Assembly: GCA_030390025.1 (NCBI GenBank)
Contig: CM059432.1
Coordinates: forward strand, 66,094,001 to 66,158,000
Source: Squalus acanthias
Taxonomy: Eukaryota
DNA: 64,000 nucleotides
Reading direction: 5' to 3'
The position numbers and the translations under genes were made by a program. A model generated the notes under the pieces. It was not told the origin of the DNA. It did no database searches and worked only from the letters and a program-made list of their open reading frames with translations. Positions 24,063-37,761 of this stretch are shown piece by piece (position 1 is the first letter of the stretch; every line of letters starts with the position of its first letter).

Positions 24063-25194
24063 GTTTGTGCAACCCCCTGCAGAAACTTTGGTGGGGCATG
24101 GAGGAAAGCTGTGGCACTCCAGAGGATTTATTTAATCTACCTCCCCATGTGTATAGGTTGAATGCCTGGATCCGTCCGCCTCTATTCTATTTTCCCTCTC
24201 TTTTTCTGAACTGCCCCTCATTCATTATTATTCATTCATTCTTATAGCTGCAAGACCACTGGGGACTCCCCTTACAATAATGCTCCTTGCACTTGTAATG
24301 GGAGGGACCCATTTTCTATCAGTTATGAGCTAGTCTCTTGTGTCTACAGCACTGTACACTTTCCAGTTATAACACCAGAGAATTCAAAAATAAAAAAATG
24401 TAAAAACAGAAGAACAAGTGGCATAATTGGAAATTTGAGTCAATAGGAACATTAAAAAAATTAACAAAACAAAGGAAGTTGGACATTTGCACTACTACAC
24501 TCCCCTGAGAAGCAGCTATTGTGTGATGTGATAGTTGTGGCAGCTGTGCCAACTTAACGAAAGGACAGAATTAAGTTTGGTGCCGCATTAATAACTATGT
24601 CCACCCCCTCTACTGCGGCACACTGCCAAATAGATTGTGCTGTGACAAAGTACCAGTAAGACTATTCATTTGTATTGTAGCAAACACATTTTGGAAGTGA
24701 GTGGATTTCTCTTCCCTTTTTATGCAGGTACTCCATTACAACAAAGCTTTTCAGATTTTCCCTTGTCAGTCTTCAAAGTTCCATTCCTATGGCACCTACA
24801 AAATACATTTCTGTATGTTGATATTGATTATAGAGTAGAAATTAAGAAGTTTATTGAAAGTTTCATTTTGTCTTGATGTTGGTGCGAGATTGTTACCTAA
24901 ATTCTATGGAGATTAATTGGAATGTTACTCAACCTTACAGATAAATGTTCCTGAGATTTCAACTAAAATTTATTCCAAATAAAACATTCAGCATTACAAT
25001 GTTAAACAATTATATAGGTTGAATCTAAAGAGAAAGCTTACCAATGCAAGGCTGAGGTGAAGTTCTGTGTGCCTATTACTTCAATAATAGTTAGAAAATT
25101 TGTTGATTTTTTTTTAATGGAGCGCAATGGCTTTTGCGAGCATTATTCAGTAAAGGACCCATCCCATTAGTTTGTTGGATGAACAATACACAAT

Positions 25195-26075
25195 GGGGGA
25201 AAAATTCGGTTGGTTTGCGCCTCCTGTTAGCGCCTTAAGAGGGCGCTAATAGGGCGCAAAGCAACTAGCGCCCGGTCGCGGCGATGTTTGCGCCGCTCGC
25301 GAAACTGACCAGACATTTTGCGGCGGCGCTAAACACTACCGCCACGATCTCCTGCGCCCGCAGATCGTGACGTCAGTCGAGCGTGCAACGCCCTGGTAGC
25401 GCTCCAGACTGGATATTGAGTGGCGCCCCCCTGCTTTACAGCCTGCCACTAGCAACGACAGGTTGAGTGGAGCGTTTTGCAGTCGGGAAGGGACTGGGGG
25501 AGCGCTATTTAAAGATGACCGCTTCCTGCCTTTTTTTGTCGGCGACATTTTTGCACCACGCATTCTGAGTGAGAGAGAGAGTTCTGGAGATATTCAATGC
25601 TGTGTTGAGGAGTTTTGGGTACTGAGCAGTACTTTGCAGGTTCATTTTGATTTGATCTTCCTTGCATTGATTTAGAAGAGACTATGGGGGCTGCACTCTG
25701 AGCTCTTTCCCTGGGCCTCTCCATTGTTCTTTCCAGCAGATTTGATGTACAGGTCTCTCCAGGCCGAGATTCAAGGCTGCAATGCACAGAGTGTGGATGG
25801 AGAGCAAGATCGACCCTCCCCTTTAAGAACTGGCCGGCGCCACTGTGTCTGTGTTCTATTGCTGACTGACCTCACATGAGCTTCTGAGGTAGCGCCTTGC
25901 TCCTCGGCATTAGCGCCTTAAGAGAGGTGTGTAGAGCCTGATTTAGCGCTCCAATCACCTCCAGGGGCGATAGAAGCCAAGTTTGCAGTCGGAGGCGATA
26001 ATTAGCATCAGGCGCTAAACTTTGCGCCCGGCCGATAATTGTGCCCCAAACGGGGCGATACCGAATTTCTCCCCC
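25195..26075. mobile_element. Non-autonomous Harbinger related to element A
   Basis: TIRs gggggaaaaattcgg / ccgaatttctccccc; AAT TSD. Left end matches the reverse complement of element A's right end. Retains atgggggctgcact (~25684), like the transposase start of A. Confidence 0.88.
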
Positions 26076-26912
26076 AATGAATGTGATCTTGTCTTTTTTG
26101 GAAAGGTTGATATACAGACACATAGCTGGTAATGAAGTTAATTATACTAGTGAAGGAGACTGCATAACAAATGAACAACAAAGTTCAGTCATACGGGTCT
26201 CTCTTTGAGTGGAATAAATACCATTTTCAATAACTTTCTATGAAGCATTCTACTTTTTATTATACATGTTCCAGTTTCAAGCTACCTTGCAATTGTGGAG
26301 TTTTAGGCTGGTATGGTAGTCCTAGTCTTCAGTGCAGCACTTATGATAACTTGCAGTTATTAGGTGCGACTGTGGCTGAAAGTGAATGCAAAGCTGTTTG
26401 ATTTTTTTCAGCTCCTAGTGGCTCATGGGGAAATATTTCTGGCTGGATTGTTATCTCACATACATATATATATATATGTATATGGAATAAAATCGGCTTC
26501 ACACATACGTGAGTTATTATATGGTGCTACTGCCTGTGCACGGCATATACATTTTCTTTTAGAAAATTAATATCTGTGGCTTGGCATCATGTCACTAAAA
26601 CCCTGGTTCAGTAAATATGTGTGCCAATAAATGACAGAATAAAAGATTTCAGCAGGAGTCTGCATAAAATCTTGCTAGCGCGCACTCTCCAATGCATTGT
26701 GATACTCTTTATTGCTAAGGCAATCTGCAGCATCACGTTTTGGGGTGATGAGAAAATTAAGGGACTGAACAAAACAAAAACACATAGGTAACTGTTGCAA
26801 AAGATGCTTTCTATTGGCACAAACATTAATAACATAAGGACATTGACTACAGAATAAATACATATTGACATTATTATTCGGTAAGTGAAACTTGTAGATT
26901 TAAGGACATAAT

Positions 26913-27564
26913 GGGCCTGAATTTGCGGTCGGAGGCTTCCCGCGGGGAAATGCACCGATCCACAAATAAAATCTGTGCCTACCTGGTGCCTCGGGATCCA
27001 TGCAGACTCACGCTCCTGGGCCTCTACGCCTGCGTAGAGGCCCACGTATCCGAGAGGCACAGGCGGTTCGCAAGCTCCCCTGGGATCACGTGGGCCGGCC
27101 CAACCAATAAAAGAAGGGGATCCCCATTCATGCTTATGGGGATCACATAAAAAACACATTTACATGCCAAATAAATTTTTAAAATTACATATTTAAAATT
27201 AATTAAAATGACATTTAATTAAACATTTAAAACAAAAATTTAATTTTTTGAAAAATAAATTTAAATGTTTTAAAGGGGCTAAAAATAACCTTAACTTATT
27301 TTACAGGTGTTTTAATGTCTAAATAATTGAAAAAAAAATTATTTTTATATTCAGTTAAATTCTTGCGCTGGTAAAAGCAAGCCTTACGCCTGCTTTTACC
27401 AGGCGTAAGAATTTCTCGGGCATTCGCTGGGCAGTAGTTGGGCAAATAGCCCAGCTCTCCGCCCGCGAATGCCCTTTTCCCGGGGATGCTGAAAACCTGG
27501 AACTGGAACCTTATGGATGTGTACACACCCCGTATGCACCCATAGGCCCCGGAAGATACGGGCC
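26913..27564. mobile_element. Harbinger-like MITE with AT-rich core
   Basis: Imperfect TIRs ggcctgaatttgcgg / ccggaagatacgggcc; CpG-rich arms around an AT-rich centre. Confidence 0.6.
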
Positions 27565-28019
27565 ATAGAATAACAGCTGCTCCAGAGCATGTTAGATTGC
27601 AACACAGTCAAAAGGTTTTGAAAACAGCATATATCACAACAGCAAAGCTTGAATGGTTGACAAAATCTTAACACCTGCACAATGAGATACAACCTGTAAA
27701 ACAGGCTTGCCTTGAGGCACAGTGTCACACACAGCCCAGGCCAGCTTTAAAAATCCTTTTTCTTGACATTTCCTGCTTCATCCTGACACTGTATGTATAT
27801 GTAAATGCTAGTAATGACAAGTTGACATATTAAAAATGCATTCACATCAGGAATTTCTTTATATTTGATCAGGACATCTACAAGCATCGCCCAGAATGTT
27901 CTAGAACGGCACAAACGGTATTGTATGGCCAGAATTTTCCCGTTGCCAAGCGTGCGGGCTTGGGGGCAGGTCGGCAGTAAAAATACCAGAAATTGCAAAT
28001 GTGTCGGGAACCCACCGTC

Positions 28020-28250
28020 ACCTAAGCTCTGGAATTCCCTGCCTAAACGTCTCCGCCTCTCTCCTTCTCTTTCCTCCTTTAAGACGCTCCTTCAAACCTA
28101 CCTCTTTGACCAAGCTTTTGGTCATCTGCCCTAATTTATCCTTATGTGGATCAACGTCAAATTTTTTGTCTTAAAATACTCCTGTGAAGCGCCTTGGGAC
28201 ATTTTACTACGTTAAAGGCGCTATATAGATACAAGTTGTTGTTGTTGTTG
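28020..28250 (+). mobile_element. L2 LINE 3' end nested in Harbinger D
   Basis: PKLWNSLP...SFKTLLQTYLF, then gtgaagcgccttggga...aaaggcgctatata and a (gtt)n tail. Confidence 0.85.
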
Positions 28251-28701
28251 TCATCCTGCTGCCTCACGTATTTTACTCGAGTGGCTTTGAAGGCGCGACA
28301 CGGACCCGATCCGCAGAGGTGCGTGACCTCATTCAAATCATTAACTGCTTGGTGAGAGGCCCTTAAGAGGGTTTTTAATGCCAGCTTTTGACTTCAGGAG
28401 CACGGGATTCACGCAGCTCGGGTAACTGGCCTGTGAAGGGGAAGCGGAAGCTCAGTGACCATTGGTGAGTCCATTCACTGACAGCTGGGAAAAACACATA
28501 AATACTGCATCATTACACCTCATTACCTGCCTCATGGAAAGGCTCTTGCTGACTCCATTTTGTCCACAGATTTAGGTGTCAGCAATTTGCAGGTCATTTC
28601 TGAAACCTCGGAAGCCACTCTCACCACATTGTTATGCAGTATCACAACATTGAGGGATTGGCCCTCTGATCTCCACTTTACCTGCCATCTACCACACCAG
28701 C

Positions 28702-29873
28702 ATGGGTGCCGCTTATACTGTCTCACCTTGGTCCTCAGAATCAGACCAAGATGAGCCCCACCACCAACAACACCAGCCACACCAGCAGCAGCAGCCAAAA
28801 CACCAGCAGCAACCACAACAGCATTCTTCTCCTCAACGACCTGATGCTCCACAGGAGGGGGACACCACAGGGCAGCACCGCGCCGGAGATGATAGCCCCA
28901 ACATAGGGTATACAGGTAGAGGATAAGTTTCCTCAACATGACTGAGCAGCAGTGCTTCAGGAGGCTCAGGCTATCGCACCAGGTCATCACAGACATTTGT
29001 AGCTTGCTGGAACAAGATCTGCTGTCCAGAGGTCCTGGTGGACACTCCTTACCAGTGGCTGTCAAAGTCACCACTGCCCTCAACTTCTTCACCTCAGGCT
29101 CCTTCCAGGGATCTGCAGCAGACATTTGTGGAATCTCACAGTTGGCCGCCCACTGATGTATCACCCAGGTGCGATGCCATGCTTCACAAGTCCACCAATT
29201 ATACTAATTTTGACACTGATGAGGCCAGTGTTACTGAGCGGGCGCTCGGCTTTGCGGCTCTGGTTGACTTCCCACAGGTGCAGGGTGTCATCGACTGCAC
29301 ACATGTGGCCATGAAGGCACCCCATCATCACCCAGGAGTGCTTGTGAACTGCACCCTCAATGTGCAGCTCGTCTGCAACCATAAAAAGATGATTATGCAT
29401 GTGTGTGCCAGATTCCCTGGCAGCTGTCATGATTCTTTCATGCTGCGCCAGTCCACCCTCCCTCAGCTGTTCACACCTCCAAACACACTTACCGGCTGGC
29501 TGCTTGGAGACAAGGGCTAGCCACTGAGGACATGGCTCATGACACCATTGAGGATGCCAAGTACTGAGGCCGAGGAGCATTATAATGAGAGCAAGCAATA
29601 GGCATGATGAAGAAGCGCTTCAGATGCCTTGACAGATCTGGAGGAGCCCTTCAGTATGCACCAGCCAGGGTCTCCTGAATCATCGTTGTTTGCTGCGTGC
29701 TGCACAACATAGCGCAGCAGCAAGGACTGGAGCTGCAGGAGCAGCAAGGAGCAGAGCACACAACCTCTTCTTCTGCTGAGGAGGAGGAACCTGAGATAGA
29801 GATGGCACCAGCAGCGGTGCACATTGCTGCCGGGAAGGTCCGGGATGGCCTCATCAGGGCCAGATTTACTTAA
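28702..29873 (+). pseudogene. HARBI1-like Harbinger transposase, disrupted
   Basis: [81 protein letters not shown]. Frameshifts and stops. Confidence 0.92.
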
Positions 29874-30164
29874 CTTGCTCCAATGCAGCCACATGCCTGC
29901 CACATACTGTACTAAGTTCCCCACAACAACACCATAAAGCATCCCTACTATGACCAAGCCTTTCCTCTCACCCAAAACCCCAGTACTCGAGCTTAAGTAA
30001 TATCTTCCCATTCACTCCAAGTGACAAGGCCATTTCCAAGATAGCAGGCAAAAATGGACAAGAACGGAAAGTGGTGCAAAGAAAAACATTTATGAGTGTC
30101 ATCAAAATAACTGAAACTTAACAGTAACATTTTCTCATACACCCACATACATACCCTTATGCAT

Positions 30165-32034
30165 CTACTTTTGTGTCACTTTTCTTTTCCGAGTGCTTCT
30201 ACGAGGTGCAATCCCTATGGCTTCAGCAGAGGTAGAGGCAGGCTGCTCACTTCCCTGCTGCAACACTTTTGGCGGATGTCCTCTGGGTTTTGGAGCCTGT
30301 GATGGCCCCGCCAATGTCTGCTCCTCCTGCAACTGTGCAGGGGCAGACTCGGCCATCGGGATCCAAGGAAGCATGTGGGGCTCTGACTGAGGGGGAAGCA
30401 ACAGGGGAGAAGTGGAAGTGCTTTGAGAAGAGCCCCACTTCCATGTTGTCTCTCAACATTATCCCTCTCATGGGCCACCCACATTTCCCTGCTAGCAAGG
30501 AGCTAGAGAGCACCTTGCTGCACAGCAGTGGGGTGATAAACGCCCAAGTCTACGTTTATATCCCTCCTAGAGAGGAGGTCTATCAGCGTCTGCCATCTGT
30601 TGTCCACAGCTAGCATGTGTTCATGTGACTGGCGCATTTGCTGCTCCATGCAGGTGGCCATCCTTTCCACGGAACAGCACATCTTTGCCATTGCCTGCGA
30701 CATGGTGGTGCTCATGTTGGAGATGGACTCCTCCATTCTCTGCACACTTGTAGACATCGCAGCTGCAAAAGATGCCAGAGCCTCATGCAATTGTTGCTGC
30801 CCCTCCAGGATCACCCTCTTTCTCGATGGCCCCCGAGGCTCAGCGTCTGCATGCAGCTCAACAGAGTTTGGAGCGTCCTGCACCCTCCGATGAGGAGTCT
30901 CCACTGCTGTCCCTGTCAACACCATCTGCTCTTGCTCACTTGTGAAGTGTGAGACATCAGGTGACAACACTACTATATGGCGTACCAGACCCACCGAGGT
31001 GTGCATATCTGCACTTGTGCTGGGTGCACTTGAGTCTGCTGACGCTGCACCCTCAGAGGCTGGAGGTTCCTCTGAGGAGTCATCTTCTTGCTCCCACTGG
31101 ACAGTGGCGGGGGGCACTTGATGGAACTGTGGGAGAGTAAGGAGATGAATTAGAAGTGTTATAATAAGAATGGATAATGTTACAATTATGCACATGATGG
31201 CATTTCACTGTCTGCTGACATCAGTCACCATATGAGTGACTGCTGTATGTCTTGTGGCTGTATTAGATTTAATTCTGTCACCAGGTTGCTGGGATGGTTC
31301 CCCCCCCCCCCCCCTCCATCTCCCACCACCAGCATCTCTGCAACTCCCGATATCTCCAGAGCCCCCTCCTCTGCTGGTGTTAGTTGGGTGAAGACTGGAG
31401 GGCCAACTCCAGTTCTCTGCCTCTCCCACGTGTTCTGGGCTCTTTTCTCCTGCAAGGTGGGAAAGAAGAGAACTTTGAGTGAGAGTGATTGAATGAGTGT
31501 AAGGAATGAATGGGTTACATCTGTAGAGGGTGACTATGAGGGAGTGGGGTGCCAATGCCAAACGGCTTTCTTCTGTGGTGTTACTTGCTATGATTGCATT
31601 AGGATGAGGGTGAGTGTCAGGGGTGGTTAGTTAGATGGGGATGTGAGTATGTACATAGAGAGAGGGATGGGTGGACATGCAAGGTATGTTGGTGTGCGGA
31701 ATGATGTGCAGGAATAGGCTTGGGAAGGCAGAGTGATGGGGATGTGGTGACAGGCACATCAGGATGAAGGTGAGTGTGACATTGCAATCACCTTTCCTGA
31801 CCTCATGAGATCATTGAATCGTTCCCTGCACTGTATCCAGGTCCTCCTGACCACATCCCTGCTGCTGACCTGCTCTGCTTTATCCAGCCAGGCTCTTTTG
31901 GTGTCTTTTGGAGGTCTCCTTCACCTATCAGCAGGAAACAGGACCTCCCTGCGTGCTCTCACTGCCTCCACCAGAGTATGCAGGGATGCATCAGAAAATC
32001 ATGGTGCAGCCCTCCGCCTTTGACTATCCATCAT
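30165..32034 (-). pseudogene. Harbinger Myb/SANT-like gene, three exons
   Basis: Exon 1 32034-31792 (MMDSQRRRAAP*FSDASLHTLVEAV...RTWIQCRERFNDL), exon 2 31449-31282 (EKRAQNTWERQRTGVGPP), exon 3 31126-30165 ending APRRSTRKRK. GT-AG boundaries visible. Confidence 0.85.
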
Positions 32035-32519
32035 TGCTGATTTAGAACAGTACTCAGACCTTTGTATTTCAGCTTCCACACTCCTCTAGCAACCTTCAAA
32101 TGAGTTGAGTGCAAGGCTGCTTTATATATGGGCGCTTGAAATGACTCATCGATGACGTCATCAGACCCGCTCCATTTAATTGGGCTGGGAAACGTGCATG
32201 ACTGCTTTAAGTGGGGCCATTAAGTTAAAGTCACCCTGAAGAACGCGGTGGTCAGAACATCGCATTCCCGACCCGCTATGCAGCCCGCACGCACCTGACT
32301 CAACTCCACGGTAATGCCATTAATTACGTAATTTTGCACCCTGATCTTCCTGTTGTAAACGTACTTCAAAAATTCCTGAAAACTAATCTGAATACACAGC
32401 AGTGAGCATAATGGCGAATGAGGGATTCAGAAGTAATGCAGTCAATGGCTTACCCCATCTGTATCAATTAAGCAAATCAATATTGGCATGACCTGAGTGG
32501 CATGCTGTGCTCAGTTTTC

Positions 32520-32900
32520 CCAGTTTCTTCTGCATCCGAACCAGTGGTCCTTAACGGGACAGCAGGAGGCTGCCAACAAAAATCTAAGTTTTTTTCTTTT
32601 TAACTAACCTTAATGTGGAGCCAGGAGGAGCAGGAGTGCTCCTTCTGGCTCCACAGCACTACTGGGAGACACTATCGTCCTGCGATTGCCCTCTGCCCTG
32701 TTGCCCTCCCACCCTGTATGCCTCTCCCTCCACCCACCTCCCCCCCTCACCTCCCCAAGACCTAACTGAGGGCTGTGAGTGCGCTGACCATTTCAGGCCC
32801 CTCTCCATCTCCTCTACTCTCACTTTCATTGATGGCACGTGTAGGCACTTCAGTGCCCTACACCGTGCATACAATATACACTAAGCCTAACACACAATGA
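32520..32900. repeat. GC-rich interspersed repeat remnant
   Basis: Shares gtggagccaggaggagcaggag.g.tcc..ctg.ctccacag with ~1978-2018. Confidence 0.5.
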
Positions 32901-34810
32901 TGAAGAAGAATTATTTTGATGGGCTTTAGCTAAGAATTAAATATATCAGGAAAGAGCAGAGATATTGTTTTACTTTGATCAATTATTTAAATGCATGCAC
33001 CATTTATCTTTAGTCTAAGTGGCCGTAGTAAGAAAACTAGCATAAATTCAGCAAATTCGAGATGGCCATTGACTTGACTGGGGGTGGGGGGCTGGGGTAA
33101 TCAACTTTTCATGGTTTCAGCAAGAGTACTGATGGAGCAGCACAAAAGTCCCAGGAAATTATGGCACAGCATGAACGATGGCGTAACTCACAAACTCTCA
33201 TCTTTTCTCTTTGTAATATTTTAAGAAAATACAGTCAGACATACTAAACAAAAAGCAGTGTTGGAAACATTTTTCCAGCACTAGTCTCTGCACTCCTGGT
33301 CAATTTATAATTCCCCCATCTGAGCTTCCATTCTATTGCTATCTAATCTGATGGACGCCTAGGGTGCTGTTTTGCCTACCAGAAAATTCAACTGTTTATT
33401 AAACTGACCACTTGGACCTATTAGCAACTGCATAGGCTACTCTCACGGCTGAGCTCACCACAAGTCTCCAATCTCCCTCTAGCTTTGAAAGAATTTGTCA
33501 TTGAAAATTGGGTCCCTAGATGCGCAGACATCATGTTGGTGATGTCATTGCGTTGTTGCGTGATATATGTGCTGTCCGTGATGCACACAAGCCATGCGAG
33601 ACGCATGACCATGTCATTAATGTGATGTGTATGCATCTTGGGACTTGATTTTCTGTGTGAAATTCAGCACAAACACTAGGCAGAATTTATGGTTTTTAAA
33701 GTGAGAATTGTTTTTTTACTGATTCGCCAACTCAAAAAAAATCCGGACCTTTAATGCTGCCTAACTGTAGACCACATACATGCATTGCCTGGTTATTGAT
33801 TACTTCATTAAATAAACACCAGTAATACCTTCTTTCATTGTGAGAAGTACCAACTTCCAGGTAGTATGGTAGCCCAAGGCATCAGAGTACTGCTGCACAG
33901 CACATCGCAGTGGGAGGTTCAAGCTCAAGCTCCCATTTCAACCACTGCTGACAGGAAGTGTAGAATGGAGGCTAACTATACTAACATATACATTACACGT
34001 AGTCCATGGAATTTAGTTATAAGGAAAGCCAACAGATAATGCAGTAGTATCCATGTAATTAATACTCAAATTCCCCCATGTTGACAAATTAGCATAAAGA
34101 TAACAACATAAGAGACGTCATCTGCTAAAGTGCAATTTTGGGTACTTTTTTCATAACTATATTTCTCAGAGGAGTTGTTTTTGAATTTATTCAGTACTTC
34201 ACTAGTTCTCAAGGGAAAGTGTCATCCTGATGCTCATAGCTTCTGCACAGCAACCAGAGCATTTGTTGTCAAAAGCATCAGCCTCTGCCCTAACCCCATC
34301 TGCTGCCTTTCCCATCCCTGGGGATGGAAAGTTCAGAGTACAATCCTGAGATTCACTGACATGATATTAGTGAGTGGAGAAAAACAAGTATTGTCATTTT
34401 CATTAAAACTGCTGATTCCTTCAACTTCTTTTATTTAAATTGTACTTTGAAAAAAAGTATTTCCTTTGGTGTCAATTTAAATTTATGTATAATTATATTC
34501 ACCATATATAGCCCGCTAAGCTCTCATGTTCTCTCTTTGGATTTTGTAATTAAAGAATGACATAAAGCACATCTTAAGAGTAGAACCATCATTCAAAAGT
34601 ACAATGGCAAATTACTTGTTCAAGTACATGCTGAAGTCATATAACCATGTAAGGAAGAATTCGCATTTATATAGCGCCTTTCCCAACCTCAGGACATCCC
34701 AAAGCTCTTTACAGCCAATGAAATACTTTTGAAGTGTAGTCACTGTTGTAATGTAGGAAACATGGCAGCCAATTTGCGCACAGGAAGCTCCCACAAACAG
34801 CAATGAGATA

Positions 34811-36548
34811 CCAGGGATCAGGTGGAAAATGTAGTATAAATAATAGTTCAAAAACAAACGAAAGGGAAGAGAGTAGAGTAACAGCCAGAAATTGTGCTTT
34901 AGGCACTACAGGTAAAGGGAAAACTAAAACATGTAAAGTGATTAAACCAGAAGAGAGAAATAAGAAACATGTGAGTAAAACATTAGAGCTGAAGGACAGG
35001 CTAGGGTGTGTGGCCCAAATAAGCGTTCTTTATACAAACTCACGGAGTATAAGGAACAAATTGAATGAACTGCAGGCACAAATTCAACTTGGAGGGTATG
35101 ACATGGTAGCCATTACTGAGACATGGCCGCAAGACGGTCAGGACTGGAAACTAAATATACCAGGTTATAAGGTCTACAGGAAAGATAGGGAAAATGGTAG
35201 AGGGAAGGAGTAGCCTTCGTGATTAAGGATGAAATCACTTCAATGATAAGAGAGGATATAAAGAGAGGTAAACAGGCAGTGGAGACTTTATGGGTAGAAT
35301 TAAGAAATAGGAATGGATTTAAGACTGTAGTGGGAGTTGTGTATAGGCCCCCGGTGGCAGCTGTGAAGTGGTAGATTGTATAAATGGAGAGATTAGACAA
35401 GCATATAGTAAAGGCAGAGTGGTTTTAATGGGGGATTTTAACTTTCATATAGATTGAGATAAGCAGACTAGCATCTGTCAGAAAGGTAGTGAATTTCTTG
35501 AGTGTGTCCGGGATAGTTTTCTGCAACAATATGTCCTAGAACCAACAAGGGGGGCATGACATATTAGATTTAGTAATGAGTAATGAGCCAGATTTAGTTA
35601 ACAGCCTAATGGTGCGTGAACATTTATGTAATAGCGATCATAACATGATCGAGTTTAACGTAATGTCTGAAAGGGAGAAACATGAAACAGCTACTAAGAT
35701 TCTAGTTTTAGGTAAGGTTGATATTGATAGATTAAGTGAATGGGCAAAACTGTGGAAAATGGATTTCAATGTAGGCAAATGTAAGGTCATCCACTTTGGA
35801 GCTAAAAAGGATAGAACAGGGTACTTTCTAAATGGTGAAAAGCTAAAAACAGTGAAGGTCCAAATAGATCATTAAAATGTCATGAACAGGTACAGAAAAT
35901 AATCAAAAAGGTTAATTGAATGCTGGCCTTTATATATAGAGGACTAGAATACAAGGGGGTAGGAGTCATACTTCAGCTATACAAAGCCCTGGTTAGACCA
36001 CACCTGGAGTACTTTGAGCAGTTCTGGGCACCACGTGTTAGAAGGATATTGGCCTTAGAGGGAGTGCAGTGTAGGTTTACCAGAATGATACCTGGACACC
36101 AAGGATTAAATTACAAGGGGAGATTACATAAACTATGGTTGTATTCCCTGGAATTTAGATGGTTAAAGGGTGACTTGATTGAAGTTTTCCAGATATTAAG
36201 GGGGACAGATAGAGTAGATAGAGAGAAACTATTTCCGCTGGTTGGGGAGTCTAGGACTAGGGGGCATAGTCTAAAAATTAGAGTCAGACCTTTCAGGAGT
36301 GAAATTAGGAAACACTTCTACACACAAAGGGTGGTAGAAGGTTGGAACTCTTCTGCAAACGGCAATTGATGCTAGATCAATTGTTAATTTTAAATCTGAG
36401 ATTGATAGATTTTTGTTAACCAAAGGTATTAAGGGATATGGGGCAAAGGCGGGTATATGGAGTTAGGTCGCATATCAGCCATGATCTCACTGAATGGCGG
36501 AACAGGCTCGAGGGGCTCAATGGCCTACTCCTGTTCCTATGTTCCTAT
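34811..36548 (+). mobile_element. CR1 LINE with large internal deletion
   Basis: APE (VLYTNSRSIRNKLNEL, AITETW, YRPP, SDHN) is joined at ~35720 directly to the post-catalytic RT (DIDRLSEWAK); tail cctatgttcctat. Confidence 0.92.
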
Positions 36549-36645
36549 ATAATCTGTTTTTAGTGATGTTGGTTGAGTGATAAATATTGGCCAGGACACT
36601 GGGAAAACGCCCCTACTCTTCTTCGAATAATGCCATGGGAGGGAA

Positions 36646-36712
36646 GTTTTTTTTATTCATTCACGGGATGTGGGTGTCGCTGGCAAGGCCAGCATTTATT
36701 GCCCATCCCTAA
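36646..36712 (-). mobile_element. 3' tail of the tRNA-headed LINE family (or its partner SINE)
   Basis: Reverse complement of ttagggatgggcaataaatgctggccttgcc...cccacatccc plus A-tail, as at 11217-11275 and 49075-49120. Confidence 0.8.
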
Positions 36713-37632
36713 CCAAGTTGAGAGTCTCAGTTTAACGTCTCATCCAAAAGATGGCAGCTCCGACAGTGCGGCACTCCCTCAGTACTGCACTGAAGGGCCA
36801 GCCAAGAATATGTGCTCAAGTCTCTGGATGGGCTTGAACCCACAACCTTCTGACTCAGAAGCAAGAGTGTTACCACTGTGCCAAGGCTGATAGCAAAAGT
36901 TACTGTCAGTGAATTTATATGAACACTTAACGTACTTGTATAAAATTCCTCTTTCTGTTATTATAATGGTGGCATTAGTTGTTTTATGTTAAACATGTTA
37001 ACTCGTCTATTAATCAGTGGAGAAAGAATTTGATAAATCTGCTTTAAGCTTTTGTGCATTAACATGCCTGACAGTAATTTCTAGTCTGTTGTAGAATTAT
37101 TATTGCGTTATCATTGTTGAAATAATGAGTATGGTATATCTGTCAACTGCTTCCAAAATGTAAATGATATATACATACTCCTGCCAGTCACTGACTACGC
37201 AAATGGAGAACTTGCATTGGAAACAATATCTAAAACATATTCAACTGGGATCTTTGCTGGTACTGCAGTTATACAGAAGGTGGGACAGGATGATTGTTGT
37301 AGCATTTGATTTGTCCCTCTTGTTCATCAGGAAACCAAACAAAAACATCTGTGCAGATAAGTTCAACAAAACCATGTACTGTATTGTCCATATGCAAATT
37401 GAAATCTGACCCTAAAATGCGAGTATTCTTTTATATATGTAGTGCACTGAACGCCTGTTTTTGATGGAACAGGATTAATGCATCTCCCCCTCCCTTCTGT
37501 TCAAAAGCAAAATATTACAGAAAGGTCACATACCTTTCTCAGTACCATCTGCACTAATGCTTTCCAACAATACATCACAAAATTATAGTGTCATAATATT
37601 TTACTCTAATTGTAGCTACAAATTTGATACAT

Positions 37633-37761
37633 GGGGGTAATTTTGACTTTGTGTGACAGTGTAAAATGGGTGATAGCGAATCGGCAGCCCATTTTACATC
37701 TTTTCCGATTTTTATTTCCATTGACTTAATTTGACTACCACACAAAGTCAAAATTACCCCC
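37633..37761. mobile_element. 129-bp hairpin MITE (Harbinger-like ends)
   Basis: Perfect 26-bp inverted repeat catgggggtaattttgactttgtgtg (37630-55 / 37739-64), consistent with a 3-bp CAT or ATG TSD. Confidence 0.85.

Larger units (their letters stand above)
27927..32341. mobile_element. PIF/Harbinger DNA transposon D (two convergent genes), decayed
   Basis: Degenerate TIRs ggccagaatttt / aattttgcaccc; transposase on +, three-exon Myb/SANT gene on -. TSD not clear. Confidence 0.9.
34650..36892 (-). mobile_element. DeuSINE (SacSINE1-like), split by a CR1 and a LINE tail
   Basis: Tail and core at 34650-34810 (ending cagcaatgagata) resume at ~36549 (taatctgtttttagtgatg); collinear with 14455-15560. 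Confidence 0.85.

Noticed and set aside
25042..25072. Minus-strand donor TTG|gtaagc
   Set aside because: No convincing polypyrimidine acceptor upstream.
18494..29873. HARBI1 host gene
   Set aside because: Both transposases are frameshifted and sit within TIR-bounded elements, so they are TE copies, not the domesticated gene.
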